Shown here: piece after piece, positions 42,520-42,886 of the stretch
Layout: each line of letters begins with the position of its first letter
How positions within the stretch are numbered: position 1 is the first letter of the stretch
Source: Eubacteriales bacterium
Lineage (GTDB): Bacteria; Bacillota; Clostridia; Oscillospirales; CAG-272
Length of the DNA stretch: 42,886 nucleotides
Reading direction: 5' to 3'
Assembly: GCA_045657205.1 (NCBI GenBank)
Contig: JAZOSS010000132.1
Coordinates: 1-42,886 of the forward strand
The notes under the pieces: model-generated
Database searches by the model: none
Told to the model about the DNA's origin: nothing
What the model saw: only the letters and a program-made list of their open reading frames with translations
Made by a program: the position numbers and the translations under genes

Positions 42520-42787
42520 TCTCGACACCGTCGGCAAGGACGTCTGGAAGCGGGTTGAAAACGGTGAAAATCTTTCAAGCGTATATTCGGAGGTAAGTGA
42601 AAAACAAAAGAATATACAAAAGAAAAATATGCAAAACCGTGCCGCATCTTTCGGTAATATCGGCACACCTTTAAGACTGTCGGGCGTTTACAACAGCCGT
42701 GACGTTGAAAAGATGAGCCGTGAAACGGTAAGACGAGAATACGACAACATAATCAAAAGTATGAAGTCGAAGGGGTTTTCCTCCTGA
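42449..42787 (+). CDS. Phage protein of unknown function (position suggests a head-morphogenesis or scaffold-related role)
   Basis: The ATG at 42449 has an AGGAGG RBS and the gene overlaps the 3' end of the portal gene by 71 nt. Length is 112 aa. Confidence 0.45.
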   Translation: MKEVSLDRFNSETEEFYKNHPDIDLDTVGKDVWKRVENGENLSSVYSEVSEKQKNIQKKNMQNRAASFGNIGTPLRLSGVYNSRDVEKMSRETVRREYDNIIKSMKSKGFSS

Positions 42788-42886
42788 TGATATAAAGCGA
42801 AGAAAACAGCGGTTTTTGATAATTGCCCCTGCCTATGAGCGGGAGATAAAAAGGTGGGAGGTGCGAAGCACAACTCGCCGCAGGCG

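Noticed and set aside
1-42886. tRNA, rRNA, tmRNA or RNase P genes
   Set aside because: I saw no T-loop or anticodon-arm-like GTTCGAATC-type signatures and no rRNA-like conserved blocks in the intergenic regions. All sizeable intergenic regions are accounted for by promoters, terminators or the repeats described.

Overview
The window looks like a chromosomal segment of a Firmicutes/Clostridia-type genome, judged from gene content, Gram-positive lipoboxes, AGGAGG ribosome-binding sites (RBS) and sigma-A TTGACA-17-TATAAT promoters. No taxon can be assigned without a database search. Most of it is core housekeeping. That part includes mreB-mreC-mreD-PBP2, maf, dut, a U32 peptidase, zapA, proB, recA-recX with a perfect Cheo/LexA box, a biotin ligase, rpmB and metA. 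The accessory content is as follows. (1) At 1-5.9 kb, a five-gene translationally coupled operon encodes a class-III aminotransferase-like protein, an FGGY kinase, an amidohydrolase, a FucI/AraA-like isomerase and a ROK kinase. (2) At 19.2-20.4 kb, a self-cleaving LexA/CI-like XRE-S24 repressor is divergent from a small polytopic membrane protein, with three phased operator-like repeats between them. (3) An orphan OppA-like lipoprotein, a secreted PTP-type phosphatase lipoprotein and a tiny Cys-cluster membrane protein lie together. (4) At 24.2-28.9 kb, an operon encodes a tandem-activase fusion, a 2-hydroxyacyl-CoA-dehydratase/double-cubane-like protein and YqeG. (5) An E2/CAT-fold acyltransferase-like protein apparently lacks the catalytic His, next to a LysR regulator whose promoter overlaps a divergent one. 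(6) An ECF sigma factor, a minimal anti-sigma factor and an acyl-CoA ligase are translationally coupled. (7) Two GH99-like paralogues sit side by side, one a lipoprotein and one cytoplasmic. (8) From 38.8 kb to the window end, a phage DNA-packaging module (zinc-ribbon protein, TerS, TerL, portal) follows a consensus promoter and has no lysogeny module on the visible side. A structured, roughly 200-nt inverted-repeat element occurs twice in non-coding DNA, at 10.69-10.90 kb and 32.41-32.61 kb. I could not classify it, and it is the least explained signal. I saw no rRNA, tRNA or CRISPR array. All calls rest on reading the translations and motifs by eye, with no database search or computation.
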